Counted from the stretch's first letter, positions 41,336 through 51,319 are shown. The stretch: 64,000 bases of DNA from Gammaproteobacteria bacterium (GCA_965243205.1 CBDEUK010000002.1:1120001-1184000); one strand, 5' to 3'. Numbers and translations: made by a program. Notes: a model not told the origin generated them from the letters alone.

Positions 41336-42412
41336 ATGGGTCTTGAAACCCAAAAAATTGCTCGCGAAGCTGTTGCCGAATTTGCCAAGCCGAATGATGG
41401 CCTTGCATATTTAATCCTGATTACGGATTTAGTCATATATGGTATATCGGTGTATTTCGCTGTGGTCAGCGAATCTTTAATGCTTAAAATTGGTAACGCC
41501 TCTTTAGCAGGATTTATGATTTCTCAGTTATTTGTGATTGGTCATGATGCAGCTCATCAAGCTTATGTTTGCAGTTCTTGGATGAATGCTTTTATTGGAA
41601 GACTTAGTTTTTTACCTTCTTTGCATAACTATAGCTTATGGATAGAGGCACACAATAAAGCACATCATAGCTATCCCAATGTAAAAGGTATGAATTCGTG
41701 GTGGCCTTTAAGTTTTGATGATTTCAAAAACTTATCTGCGTTTCAAAAAATTGTTTACCGACTCTATCGAAGTAGTATTGGTTTCGGCATTTATTATATT
41801 TTTGAACGTTGGTTGCCTGATAAATTCTTCCCTCGTAAACATCTACCTGAATCATGTCATTTCGAAGGCTGGAAAGATTTTATTTTGTTGTTTACTTATA
41901 TTGTATTATTCACATGTTTGCTCATTGCGTTAGCCAATTCCTCTAATCAAGGTTCCCTATCAGCAATTTTATTTGGCGCAATCATTCCTTTCGTTATTTG
42001 GAATTATGCGATGGGTTTAACCATCTATCAGCATCATACTCATCCTAAAATTAGATGGTATGCAACAATAGAAGAATGGAGAGAGTCTTTAAGTAATCAA
42101 GGTGAAGTCACTGTCTATGTGAAATATCCTGGTTGGTATAATTTTATAACTCATTACATATATGTACATCCTACTCACCACGTGAATACGAAAGTACCAA
42201 TTTATCATTTAACAAAAGCAGAGCAAGCATTAGAAGCTAAGTTACCAGAATCCATTTTAGTTATTCCGTTTAACCTATTTGATTTCATCAAAACTGTTCA
42301 TGTATGCAAACTTTATGATTACAAAGAACATCAATGGTTAAACTTTGATGGGACACCGAGTACTCAATTCATCAGTAAAACGAAACAAAACTTAGAGCAA
42401 TCTATTGCATAG
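41336..42412 (+). CDS. Membrane fatty acid desaturase
   Basis: Three His boxes HDAAH, HNKAHH, HPTHH plus TM helices. Confidence 0.92.
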   Translation: MGLETQKIAREAVAEFAKPNDGLAYLILITDLVIYGISVYFAVVSESLMLKIGNASLAGFMISQLFVIGHDAAHQAYVCSSWMNAFIGRLSFLPSLHNYSLWIEAHNKAHHSYPNVKGMNSWWPLSFDDFKNLSAFQKIVYRLYRSSIGFGIYYIFERWLPDKFFPRKHLPESCHFEGWKDFILLFTYIVLFTCLLIALANSSNQGSLSAILFGAIIPFVIWNYAMGLTIYQHHTHPKIRWYATIEEWRESLSNQGEVTVYVKYPGWYNFITHYIYVHPTHHVNTKVPIYHLTKAEQALEAKLPESILVIPFNLFDFIKTVHVCKLYDYKEHQWLNFDGTPSTQFISKTKQNLEQSIA

Positions 42413-42438
42413 ACTGAAAAAAGATATTTAAAAATACT

Positions 42439-42472
42439 AAAACCCACTTATCTACACAGACATGTGGGTTTT
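42439..42472. terminator. Bidirectional terminator between the desaturase and the VPLPA gene
   Basis: aaaacccac...gtgggtttt between convergent genes. Confidence 0.6.
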
Positions 42473-42490
42473 GTTTATAGATACAATAAA

Positions 42491-43261
42491 TTAACTTTTT
42501 CGAATAGTGACTAGTGCAGCCAATGCTGTGATAAACATCCACATAGCAGGGGGTAACGGCACAGGACTATTATTTGAAATCACTTCTGTATAAGTAAAGG
42601 CTGAAAAATTAAGAACATCACCGGCTTCAACAGGTATCGCTAATGCTAAAATACCCGAGTCTTGTGAGGAAGATTCACCACCACCAACATCTGTATAAAC
42701 GTTAGCTGATGCATCAAAGTTTTTTGCTACTCCAGAATTTTCAACTGTCACTGAAAATCCTAAAACCGAATATGCTTCATAAAGCAAAGAATCTGTTACT
42801 TCAGCTAATAAACTATAACTCGCTGTTAACAACAGAATGTTAGTTCCTGTTGCTGTAATAGTAGCTTCCCGATATGATCCTCCGGTAATAATTGAACCAA
42901 CAGAAGACACTAGTTCACTACTACTCGATAACTCAGTAGCAGATCCATTTGCTGAAGAGATAGCCGTTGTAAAATTTGCATCAGAATAATTAATATTCGC
43001 ATCGATTGCAGTAGACCAATCAGAAATTGATGCAAAATCCGTATCTAACGATCCTAATTCATCTTCTAATTCAACAGATACTCCTGTTTCTTCATTTTCG
43101 GTAGAGGCAACTCCACCAAAAATAAAATTTAATGATAATGAGCCCCAATCAATATTTGCAATCGCTTGGTTAGTAGTAACAGCGGCATTAGTTGATTGAC
43201 TAAAAAGATTAAAAAATAAAAGACATGCTATAAGTTTTAGATTCAATTCAAGACGTTCCAT
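42491..43261 (-). CDS. Secreted acidic Ser/Thr-rich protein with VPLPA-CTERM sorting signal
   Basis: Signal peptide; C-terminal PVPLPPAMWMFITALAALVTIRKS. Confidence 0.83.
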   Translation of the reverse strand: MERLELNLKLIACLLFFNLFSQSTNAAVTTNQAIANIDWGSLSLNFIFGGVASTENEETGVSVELEDELGSLDTDFASISDWSTAIDANINYSDANFTTAISSANGSATELSSSSELVSSVGSIITGGSYREATITATGTNILLLTASYSLLAEVTDSLLYEAYSVLGFSVTVENSGVAKNFDASANVYTDVGGGESSSQDSGILALAIPVEAGDVLNFSAFTYTEVISNNSPVPLPPAMWMFITALAALVTIRKS

Positions 43262-43300
43262 TTTTTCCTCACATATAAAATACAGACTTCAGACTGATTA

Positions 43301-43327
43301 ATGTCGACAAAACAACAATAATCTTTA
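43301..43327 (-). promoter_or_regulatory. sigma28-like promoter of the VPLPA gene at 42491-43261
   Basis: Minus strand TAAA-N15-GTCGACAT. Confidence 0.5.
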
Positions 43328-43387
43328 GTTTTTTTGATACGAGCGCCTTATAGAATTATGTTTTATATAATAAAGCGCTATGAGAAG

Positions 43388-43403
43388 AGCAAAAAATAGA
43401 CCA
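43388..43403 (-). promoter_or_regulatory. sigma54-like promoter upstream of the same VPLPA gene
   Basis: TGGTCTATTTTTTGCT (GG-N10-GC). Confidence 0.45.
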
Positions 43404-43474
43404 TTCAATGATTAATTAAGTTGAATATTATTTGATATACTTAAATTCTTTAATGAAAAGAAGAATTAACAAGA

Positions 43475-44527
43475 ATGTTCGATATTGATGATACTAGAAT
43501 TGCCGATGTAAGGCCGTTATTGCCGCCCGCTATTTTATTAGAAGAGCTACCCATTCCTGAGAAATCAGAATCTCTAGTAGCAAGTTCACGTGAAATTATG
43601 GGTAATATCATGCTAGGAAACGATGATCGCGTACTGGTTATTGTCGGCCCATGTTCGATTCATGACACTGAAGCCGCAATGGAATTCGCGAATAAATTAA
43701 AGCCATATGCAGAACAATTTAAGAATGAATTATTCATTTGTATGCGTACCTATTTTGAAAAGCCTCGTACAGTCGTCGGCTGGAAAGGTTTAATTAATGA
43801 TCCTGATATCGATGGCAGTTTTAATATTAATAAAGGCCTAAGAAAAGCCAGAAAATTGTTACTGGATGTTCTAGAAATAGGGTTACCGACTGGTACTGAA
43901 TTTCTAGATACCATTATTCCTCAATATATAGCAGATGCGATTTCCTGGGCTGCAATTGGAGCAAGGACAACAGAAAGCCAAGTACATCGTGAATTGGCTT
44001 CAGGTCTATCAATGCCAGTAGGATTTAAAAACGCAACGAGTGGTGATGTACAAATTGCGATAGATGCTGTTCGTTCTGCACGGCATGGTCATTGGTTTCC
44101 TTCGGTAACCAAGCAAGGTGTTTCTGCTATTTTTTCTACCACAGGTAACCCAACAGCGCATGTGATTTTACGTGGCGGTAATATCACGGGGCCCAATTAT
44201 GATGCTAAAAGCCTAGAAGAAGTAACTAATAAACTTTCTGCTGTTGAATTAGCCGAACAAATAGTGATCGATTGCAGTCATGGCAATAGCAATAAAGATT
44301 TTACCAAACAACCGATAGTAGCAAATGCCCTAGCTGAACAAATTTCCAATGGCAATAAAAGCATTGCTGGACTCATGTTAGAAAGTCATCTAGTAGAAGG
44401 TCGACAAGACTATAAAACAGATACTAACAATACCTATGGCCAAAGCATTACCGATGCTTGTTTAGGCTTTGAAGAAACCATTCCAGTCTTAGAATCTTTA
44501 GCCGATGCTGTTAAACAAAGAAGATAA
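43475..44527 (+). CDS. aroG: 3-deoxy-7-phosphoheptulonate (DAHP) synthase, class I (AroF/G/H type)
   Basis: DDTRI, VGPCSIHD, RTYFEKPRT, GARTTESQVHRE, DCSHGNS, SITDAC; feedback specificity cannot be determined. Confidence 0.9.
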   Translation: MFDIDDTRIADVRPLLPPAILLEELPIPEKSESLVASSREIMGNIMLGNDDRVLVIVGPCSIHDTEAAMEFANKLKPYAEQFKNELFICMRTYFEKPRTVVGWKGLINDPDIDGSFNINKGLRKARKLLLDVLEIGLPTGTEFLDTIIPQYIADAISWAAIGARTTESQVHRELASGLSMPVGFKNATSGDVQIAIDAVRSARHGHWFPSVTKQGVSAIFSTTGNPTAHVILRGGNITGPNYDAKSLEEVTNKLSAVELAEQIVIDCSHGNSNKDFTKQPIVANALAEQISNGNKSIAGLMLESHLVEGRQDYKTDTNNTYGQSITDACLGFEETIPVLESLADAVKQRR

Positions 44528-44548
44528 CTGTAACCTTATTGCAATCTT

Positions 44549-45283
44549 TCAAATAGCTTTACTCTGAACTCTACGAAGTCCAACTAAAGCGCATAGTAAT
44601 AACCAAAACGCTGCGGGTATTGGGACTGGGGTGCTGATAGCATTTCCTGAGATAGTTATATTATCAAATGCAATATCCTCATCACTTGCATCAAAATTAT
44701 TAAGTACCAACTCAAGCGTTAACTGGGCACCTGTACCATTAATATCCAAAGTATATTGAGTAAAAATATTTGTTAAATTAAAACCATCTCCTATACCATC
44801 GAAATCCATATCTTGAGAAGGTTCTGTATTGGTTGCTCCAGATGATTCGAATGCAAGTAGATTTTGTGCTGTGCCTCCATCAATACTGTATCGAGCCAGA
44901 AAAGAAGTCGAAGCATCCCAATCTTCTAAGGCATCACTCGCATCATCTTCAGCAAATAAACCTGAAAACTGCAAATCTACAAAACCCGTAATATCAACAA
45001 TAAACGTCAGTATTCCTTCATCTGCAGCTTCAGGTAATGCATCCGTATCCATTGCTGCAAAATAACCCTCGCCTTGTTGATTATCAAACTCGACTACAGA
45101 TGAGATAGATAAACCATTGGGCGCTATTCGGCCAAAATAATCCAAATCAGTATCCGATGCTTCTGTTATGTTAGTTGTATAAGTTGTTATTGGATTTTCA
45201 AAATCTTCGAATAATAAAATTTCTGCTGTAGAAACTTGACCATAAAAAAATATAATTAAAAATGAGATAGCTTGCTTTGACAT
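44549..45283 (-). CDS. Secreted acidic protein with VPLPA-CTERM sorting signal
   Basis: Signal peptide, FEDFE, EDIAFDNITISG; C-terminal PVPIPAAFWLLLCALVGLRR. Confidence 0.83.
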   Translation of the reverse strand: MSKQAISFLIIFFYGQVSTAEILLFEDFENPITTYTTNITEASDTDLDYFGRIAPNGLSISSVVEFDNQQGEGYFAAMDTDALPEAADEGILTFIVDITGFVDLQFSGLFAEDDASDALEDWDASTSFLARYSIDGGTAQNLLAFESSGATNTEPSQDMDFDGIGDGFNLTNIFTQYTLDINGTGAQLTLELVLNNFDASDEDIAFDNITISGNAISTPVPIPAAFWLLLCALVGLRRVQSKAI

Positions 45284-45395
45284 ATTTCCACTCCTTGTTT
45301 ATTGGATGAATTTCCTATTTCGAATTCACTTTAGAAATAACACTAAAAAAATACAATCACTCATATGGGTGAATATTATGTGTTAGAATCTTCTA

Positions 45396-45665
45396 ATGAA
45401 TTCAGAACAGAAACGAAAACTAAAACAACGTTGTCATAACTTAAAACCCGTGGTTTGGATTGGTCAAAATGGCTTAACAGAGAATGTGTTGAGTGAAATC
45501 AACCAAGCATTGGATACTCATGAACTGATTAAAATTAAAATCGCTTCGGGCGATAAATCGATTAAAAACGATATCTCAAAAAATATCTGTAATGAAATGA
45601 ATGCGGAACTTGTCCAGGGCATTGGCAACATGTACTCGTTTTATCGAGAAAACCCAGACAAATAA
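45396..45665 (+). CDS. yhbY: Ribosome assembly RNA-binding protein YhbY (CRM domain)
   Basis: HNLKPVVWIGQNGLT, HELIKIK, VQGIG..YR. Confidence 0.93.
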   Translation: MNSEQKRKLKQRCHNLKPVVWIGQNGLTENVLSEINQALDTHELIKIKIASGDKSIKNDISKNICNEMNAELVQGIGNMYSFYRENPDK

Positions 45666-45728
45666 CGACCTAAAATTCCCTCAAAAGTATTTTTCACTCC
45701 TAGCTAAGCCATTAATAATTAAAAATAT

Positions 45729-45755
45729 TAAAGCTAATTATTAATCGGTCGATAT
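45729..45755 (+). promoter_or_regulatory. sigma28-like promoter of the diguanylate cyclase
   Basis: TAAAG start, TAAA-N15-GTCGATAT. Confidence 0.6.
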
Positions 45756-45794
45756 CAAAGGCAATATCTGTAAATTGCTTAAAGAAGTTCAAAT

Positions 45795-47312
45795 ATGGAA
45801 TCAAAAACACAACAAGACGTTCAGCAAGAAGTCTTATCTAACGTAGAATCAATCGAGTTCCAAACGTTTGCTGAAGATGCGCCTGTGATGCTTTGGTTAA
45901 CCAATGCTGAAGGTAAAAATATTTTTTCCAATGCCAAATGGCAAAATTTCATTGGTCGTGATCTGGTCAGAAACTTAGGCGGCAAAGCTTGGTACGATGC
46001 TCTTCATCCGGATGATAGAGAGTTCTGCTTAAATATATTTAAAGATGCGTTTGATACACATAAATCATTTGAAATGGAATATCGAATCCGTCGCCGTGAT
46101 GGCGTGTATCGATATATGTTGGATCTAGGACAACCTTATATAGAAAAGAAAACCGGAAAATTTGCAGGCTTTATTGGTTCTTCAACCGATATATCTGATC
46201 AAAAGTTTTCTGAAGAGGAAATCACTAAATCACATAATGAATTAATTCAATACAATCAAGAAATGCGACTGGTTAACCAGTTGAACTCTTATTTACAAGT
46301 ATGTCGTACATTAAAGGAAACTTATCCGGTTATTTCTCATTATATGAGCAAAGTGTTTCCAGACTGCTCCGGAGCATTATTTTTATTTAATGAGAATAGA
46401 ACATTGGTAGAATCCGTGACTGAATGGGGTAATCCTGTAAATAAAAACTCTCCTGTCATAGCTGCGGATGATTGTTGGTCTTTGCGTCAAGGTAAAGAAC
46501 ATATTGTTTTAGATACTGATCAAAAATTATGCTGTAAACATATAGAAACAAATAAAGGAAGAAGTTACACATGTGTTCCTATCATTGCTCAAGGCGAAAT
46601 GATGGGTATGTTGCATATAGAATTTGGCAACACTGAAGAACTAGAAACTCAGGAAGATCTTGAACGATATTATGAATCACGCCAGCGTTTAATTATGATC
46701 AGTGCAGATAACTTGGCTTTATCATTAGTCAGTTTGAAACTTCGCGAAGCATTAAAAAACCAATCTATTCGTGATCCATTAACTAAACTTTATAATCGTC
46801 GCTACATGGAAGAAAGCCTTGAAAGAGAAATGACACGTTGTATGCGTTCAGAGCAAGGGATGGGAATCATCATGTGTGATATTGATCATTTTAAAACATT
46901 TAATGATGAATACGGACATGATGCTGGTGATCTAGTTTTAGTTGAAGTTGCCAAGTTTATTAGCGATTTTTTCAGAGAATACGATATTGTTTGTCGTTAT
47001 GGTGGCGAAGAAATTATTATCATTATGCCTAATTCAGAACAAAAATCAGTGGAAGAACGTGCAAACAAAATTTGCGAAGGTTTGCGTGAATTAGAAATTA
47101 TTTACGCGGGTAAACCATTACCTAAAATTACAGCATCATTTGGTATCTCACATCAACCTACAAATGGTGAACAAGCCAATGTATTACTAAAAGCTGCTGA
47201 CTCTGCATTATACGATGCAAAGAATGGTGGACGAGATCAAGTCGTTGCTGCGAAAGTTATTAACAACCGTAGAAAAATAACTAAAACAAAACTACAAAAA
47301 AAGGCGAGTTAA
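45795..47312 (+). CDS. PAS-GAF-GGDEF diguanylate cyclase
   Basis: PAS (HPDD, EYRIRRRDG), GAF, DPLT.LYNRR, DIDHFK.FND.YGH, RxxD I-site (REYD), GGEEI. Confidence 0.92.
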   Translation: MESKTQQDVQQEVLSNVESIEFQTFAEDAPVMLWLTNAEGKNIFSNAKWQNFIGRDLVRNLGGKAWYDALHPDDREFCLNIFKDAFDTHKSFEMEYRIRRRDGVYRYMLDLGQPYIEKKTGKFAGFIGSSTDISDQKFSEEEITKSHNELIQYNQEMRLVNQLNSYLQVCRTLKETYPVISHYMSKVFPDCSGALFLFNENRTLVESVTEWGNPVNKNSPVIAADDCWSLRQGKEHIVLDTDQKLCCKHIETNKGRSYTCVPIIAQGEMMGMLHIEFGNTEELETQEDLERYYESRQRLIMISADNLALSLVSLKLREALKNQSIRDPLTKLYNRRYMEESLEREMTRCMRSEQGMGIIMCDIDHFKTFNDEYGHDAGDLVLVEVAKFISDFFREYDIVCRYGGEEIIIIMPNSEQKSVEERANKICEGLRELEIIYAGKPLPKITASFGISHQPTNGEQANVLLKAADSALYDAKNGGRDQVVAAKVINNRRKITKTKLQKKAS

Positions 47313-48160
47313 TTTTTATTTTCTTGATTGGATATTTTTAATAAAAGACCATCCATCAACTTTTCAGGCAACAATCGTTTTAAATACGCAAAGGCATAAG
47401 TGGGTTTAGTCACATAATATCTTGGTTTAGGATATTTACTTTGTAAGGCGTGAATCACTTTTTCAGCCACAATATCTGCATCTAGAGTAAACGGCGCAGC
47501 ATCACCCTCTTTCTGTAATTTTTTTTCTATGCCTTCATATGTTTCTTTATGTGGGCTTGTTTGCTTGTTGATGTGTTTTTCATACATCTTCATTGCATTA
47601 TCACGAAATTTACTTCGAATAGGTCCTGGCTCTATTAAGGAAACAAAAATATTGCTGCCGGCTAACTCTAAACGCATGGTGTCACTTAAACCTTCTAACG
47701 CGTACTTACTGGCGATATACGCTCCTCGATATTTCAAAGCAATAAAACCTAATACTGAACTATTCTGAATAATGCGCCCTTGTTCTTGTTGTCGCATCAC
47801 AGGTAAAATTAAATTCGTTAATTCTTGTGTACCAAAGACATTCGTTTCGAATTGTTCTTTTAATGCTGTTCTAGATAAATCTTCTACTGCACCTGGTTGT
47901 CCATAAGCGCCATTGTTAAATAAACCATAAATTTTATGATCGGTTTTTTGTAAAATATTATCTACAGCAGTTTGAATTGATATAGGATTGGCTAAATCTA
48001 ACTGTTCTGATTCGAAACCTTGTTCTAATAAATTTTCAACATCTTGATGGTTTCTTGCGGTCGCAAATACTCGGTACCCTTGTTGCTTCAATATCTTTGC
48101 AGTAACTAAACCTATACCGCTCGAGCATCCAGTAATAACAACCGTCTTTTGCATACTCAA
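47309..48160 (-). CDS. Short-chain dehydrogenase/reductase (YbbO-like)
   Basis: TGCSSGIG, NNGAYG, YIASK. Confidence 0.92.
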   Translation of the reverse strand: MSMQKTVVITGCSSGIGLVTAKILKQQGYRVFATARNHQDVENLLEQGFESEQLDLANPISIQTAVDNILQKTDHKIYGLFNNGAYGQPGAVEDLSRTALKEQFETNVFGTQELTNLILPVMRQQEQGRIIQNSSVLGFIALKYRGAYIASKYALEGLSDTMRLELAGSNIFVSLIEPGPIRSKFRDNAMKMYEKHINKQTSPHKETYEGIEKKLQKEGDAAPFTLDADIVAEKVIHALQSKYPKPRYYVTKPTYAFAYLKRLLPEKLMDGLLLKISNQENKN

Positions 48161-51100
48161 TGCTCCAATAAAGCTTTATTGTCAGATTGATATTCACCTA
48201 ACAATCGATGGCGAATATCATCAGCAATTAAATAAAAACATGGTAAGACTAATAAAATTAAAACAGTAGCAAACAATAACCCAAAACCTAAACTAACAGC
48301 CATTGGTGATAGAAAGGCTGTTTGTCCTGTAGCAAAAAATATCAACGGTGAAACACCAAGAAAAGTAGTAATCGTTGTTAATAAAATAGGTCTAGCACGA
48401 ACTTTACCTGCATCTATGACGGCTTGTATTCTCTCTATGCCTTCTGAGCGTAAACGTTTTATAAAATCGACAAGTATTAAAGAATCATTGACGATAATTC
48501 CCGATAACGCTAACACACCCACTGCAGATAAAAACTGCAAGTTATAATCAAATATCGCATGCCCAATAACTACACCTATGAGCCCAAACGGAATCGCTAT
48601 CATAATAACTATCGGATCAACTAGAGAACGAAACAATGCCGTTAACATAAAAAAGATTAATGCTAATGAAATGATCAGCGCCTGAAACATTCCACTAAAA
48701 GATTCTTCTGCGTCTTTCTTTTCGCCAAGATATAGCAAACGATAACCTTGCTGTTTTTCGCCACCAAATGCTTCTTCTATTTTTTCTGTTACTTGAATAC
48801 CTGTTATAACAGTACTATCTACTTCGCCAGTTATCTTTGCCATTCTTTGAGAATCACGACGACTAATTTTATTTAGCCCGCGATCAATAGAGATTGTCGC
48901 AACATCGCCTAAATAAACCGTCTCACCAGAAGGCAAAACAACAGGTAGTTTTTCAATACTGGAAGAATGTTTACGTGTTTCTTCATCGAAGATTACTCGA
49001 ACGGGAATACGTTTTTCGTTCCATGTCACATACACCACCTCATTACCAATAAAACCTGTACGTACTACATTTGATAATTGGGATTGTGTTAAACCTAATC
49101 GTTTACCACGTTCATTCAATTCATATTTATACTCAAGCTTTCCAGGTTCTTGATCATGTTGAATATCTTGTGTTCCAGGAAGACGTTGTAAGTATTCTTT
49201 AATTTCATCTGCTTTGTCTTTTAATAACGTCAAATCAGAACCTACAATACCAACTTCAATATCTGCTCCTGCAGGACCAGCTTCAGTCTTTTGAACATTG
49301 ATCCTTTGAATGCTAGGAACCTTAGATAATTCTTCACGAATATCAGAAATAATCTCATCAGAAGGTTTTTCCCTTGTGCCAAAATTTGAAAAATTTAAAC
49401 TGACTAAAGGCGTAATAAAATTTTCTATAAAACCTTGTGCAACTGGTTTTTCTAAATCAACAATAAATTGAATTTGATTACTGCCAAATTTAAAACGATT
49501 AAAATCAACAAACGTTAAGCCTACATTAGTAACCAAAGTTTTTAAGTCGTTATCATCAATCACCTCAAACAAGGTTTGTTCTAATTCTGATGCTAGTTCT
49601 AAGCTATCATCTAAACTATAAGTGTTCGGTGTTTCTACGTTAACAAAAAACTGTCCACTCTCAACATCACCAAATAATTGAAATGGCAAGCGTGTCTGAG
49701 CATAAGTTAGACTGATTGCTAAAATACCAATAACTAAAACAGAAACGAAATAGCGATTCATAACCGACCATTTTAATAAGACTGCGTATTTATCTAAAAT
49801 ACGTTTCCAACCCCAACCTGTTTCATTGGTTCTGACAACTTTTAAATAATGTCCTGCATGAGATGGTAGAACGATAAACGCTTCTAATAATGAACCCAAT
49901 AGAGCACAACAAACAACCACAGGAATAACTTTGATAAACTCACCCAATGTACTTCCTATAGCAAACATAGGAAGAAAAGCGGCAATAGTCGTGAACGTCG
50001 AAACCACAACAGGCCAAAACACCTCATTTGATCCATTAAAAGCTGCTTGATATCGCTCTTCACCTTTCTCCATATGTCGATACACATTTTCAGTTACAAT
50101 AATCGCATCATCCACAATCATTCCTAATACTATTAAAAACGCGAATAGTGAAACCATGTTAATGGTGAAGCCCAGGTAATACAGTAAGATAATTGAGAAA
50201 AGAAAAGAAACAGGGATACCAAAGGCAGTAACAATTGCAACTCTTAGGTTAAGTAATAAATACAAAGAGATTAATACTAAGACTAAACCAATTAATCCAG
50301 ATGACATCACTGTATTTAAACGTGTCTTTACGTATACCGACATATCTGTGTGATATGAAACATCAACGCTTGCAGGGACACGTTGTTGTAGATCTTCTAC
50401 CAATTGTTTCATTTCTTCTGAAACTTGTATGGTTGAAGCAGCAGCCGTTTTAGTAACTGTTAAATTAACAGAAGGCTTACCATTGAAACGTGCAAAAGTA
50501 ATGGGTTCTTCAAAGCGACGCTCAACGTTAGCCACTTCACCTAAGGTTAATTGACCACCTTCATCATTGGCGCGCAAAACAATTTTATTTATTGCTCCTG
50601 GTTCTGGAGCAGCACCTATACCTCTTAAACGGATATCACCTTCAGTCGATTTAATCGAACCGCCTGGTTGATCGACCAAATTATTTCTAACCGACGATAA
50701 TACTAATTCAAGCGGAATGCCCAATGCAGATAGTTGATTAGGATCGATCGTTATCCAAATCTCCCATTCACGATCGCCAGCAACTCCTACACTAGCCACA
50801 CCATCTATGGTTAACATTTCTCTGCGAACATCTTCTGCTAATTCATATAACTCTGCTTTTGCAATGTCGCCAAACAATGTAACGGTGATAACAGGAAAGC
50901 GAGTACGAACTCTTGTTAACTCGGGTTCTTCTGCTATATCAGGCAGATCATCAATGCTATCTAATATGGTTTGTGCATCTCGTAAAAAATCATCAACGTT
51001 CGAACCAGGTTTAAGCCTGATAAAAATACTCGAGAAACCTTCATTACTATTCGAATTGATATAATCAATATCCTGAGTGTCTTCAAACTCTTGTTCCAAA

Positions 51101-51297
51101 GGCAAGGTTACTTGCTGTTCAACTTCTAATGGAGAAGCACCTTCAAAAATGGTTTCTATTTTTATCAGATCTAAATCAACCACAGGAAAAATTTCTTGCG
51201 GCAATAACTTCCAGCTAAAAATTCCCATGATCATCACTATGATTAAACTCATATTGATGATGAGTGGGTTATTGATCGAAAAACGTATAAAAGGCAT
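48157..51297 (-). CDS. RND efflux transporter permease (AcrB/AcrD/AcrF family)
   Basis: 1046 aa, GMIVDDAIIVTENV, GIIVNDSLILVD, RARPILLTT. Confidence 0.95.
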   Translation of the reverse strand: MPFIRFSINNPLIINMSLIIVMIMGIFSWKLLPQEIFPVVDLDLIKIETIFEGASPLEVEQQVTLPLEQEFEDTQDIDYINSNSNEGFSSIFIRLKPGSNVDDFLRDAQTILDSIDDLPDIAEEPELTRVRTRFPVITVTLFGDIAKAELYELAEDVRREMLTIDGVASVGVAGDREWEIWITIDPNQLSALGIPLELVLSSVRNNLVDQPGGSIKSTEGDIRLRGIGAAPEPGAINKIVLRANDEGGQLTLGEVANVERRFEEPITFARFNGKPSVNLTVTKTAAASTIQVSEEMKQLVEDLQQRVPASVDVSYHTDMSVYVKTRLNTVMSSGLIGLVLVLISLYLLLNLRVAIVTAFGIPVSFLFSIILLYYLGFTINMVSLFAFLIVLGMIVDDAIIVTENVYRHMEKGEERYQAAFNGSNEVFWPVVVSTFTTIAAFLPMFAIGSTLGEFIKVIPVVVCCALLGSLLEAFIVLPSHAGHYLKVVRTNETGWGWKRILDKYAVLLKWSVMNRYFVSVLVIGILAISLTYAQTRLPFQLFGDVESGQFFVNVETPNTYSLDDSLELASELEQTLFEVIDDNDLKTLVTNVGLTFVDFNRFKFGSNQIQFIVDLEKPVAQGFIENFITPLVSLNFSNFGTREKPSDEIISDIREELSKVPSIQRINVQKTEAGPAGADIEVGIVGSDLTLLKDKADEIKEYLQRLPGTQDIQHDQEPGKLEYKYELNERGKRLGLTQSQLSNVVRTGFIGNEVVYVTWNEKRIPVRVIFDEETRKHSSSIEKLPVVLPSGETVYLGDVATISIDRGLNKISRRDSQRMAKITGEVDSTVITGIQVTEKIEEAFGGEKQQGYRLLYLGEKKDAEESFSGMFQALIISLALIFFMLTALFRSLVDPIVIMIAIPFGLIGVVIGHAIFDYNLQFLSAVGVLALSGIIVNDSLILVDFIKRLRSEGIERIQAVIDAGKVRARPILLTTITTFLGVSPLIFFATGQTAFLSPMAVSLGFGLLFATVLILLVLPCFYLIADDIRHRLLGEYQSDNKALLEH

Positions 51298-51319
51298 TTA
51301 AATAAAATACAAAGAGAAG

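Noticed and set aside
38019-45283. Integron-like cassette array explaining the VPLPA genes
   Set aside because: No shared attC-like or other repeated sequence at the four 3' junctions and no intI
37577-45400. Integrative element or prophage at ssrA
   Set aside because: No integrase, and no duplicated ssrA 3' end (attR) seen in the window
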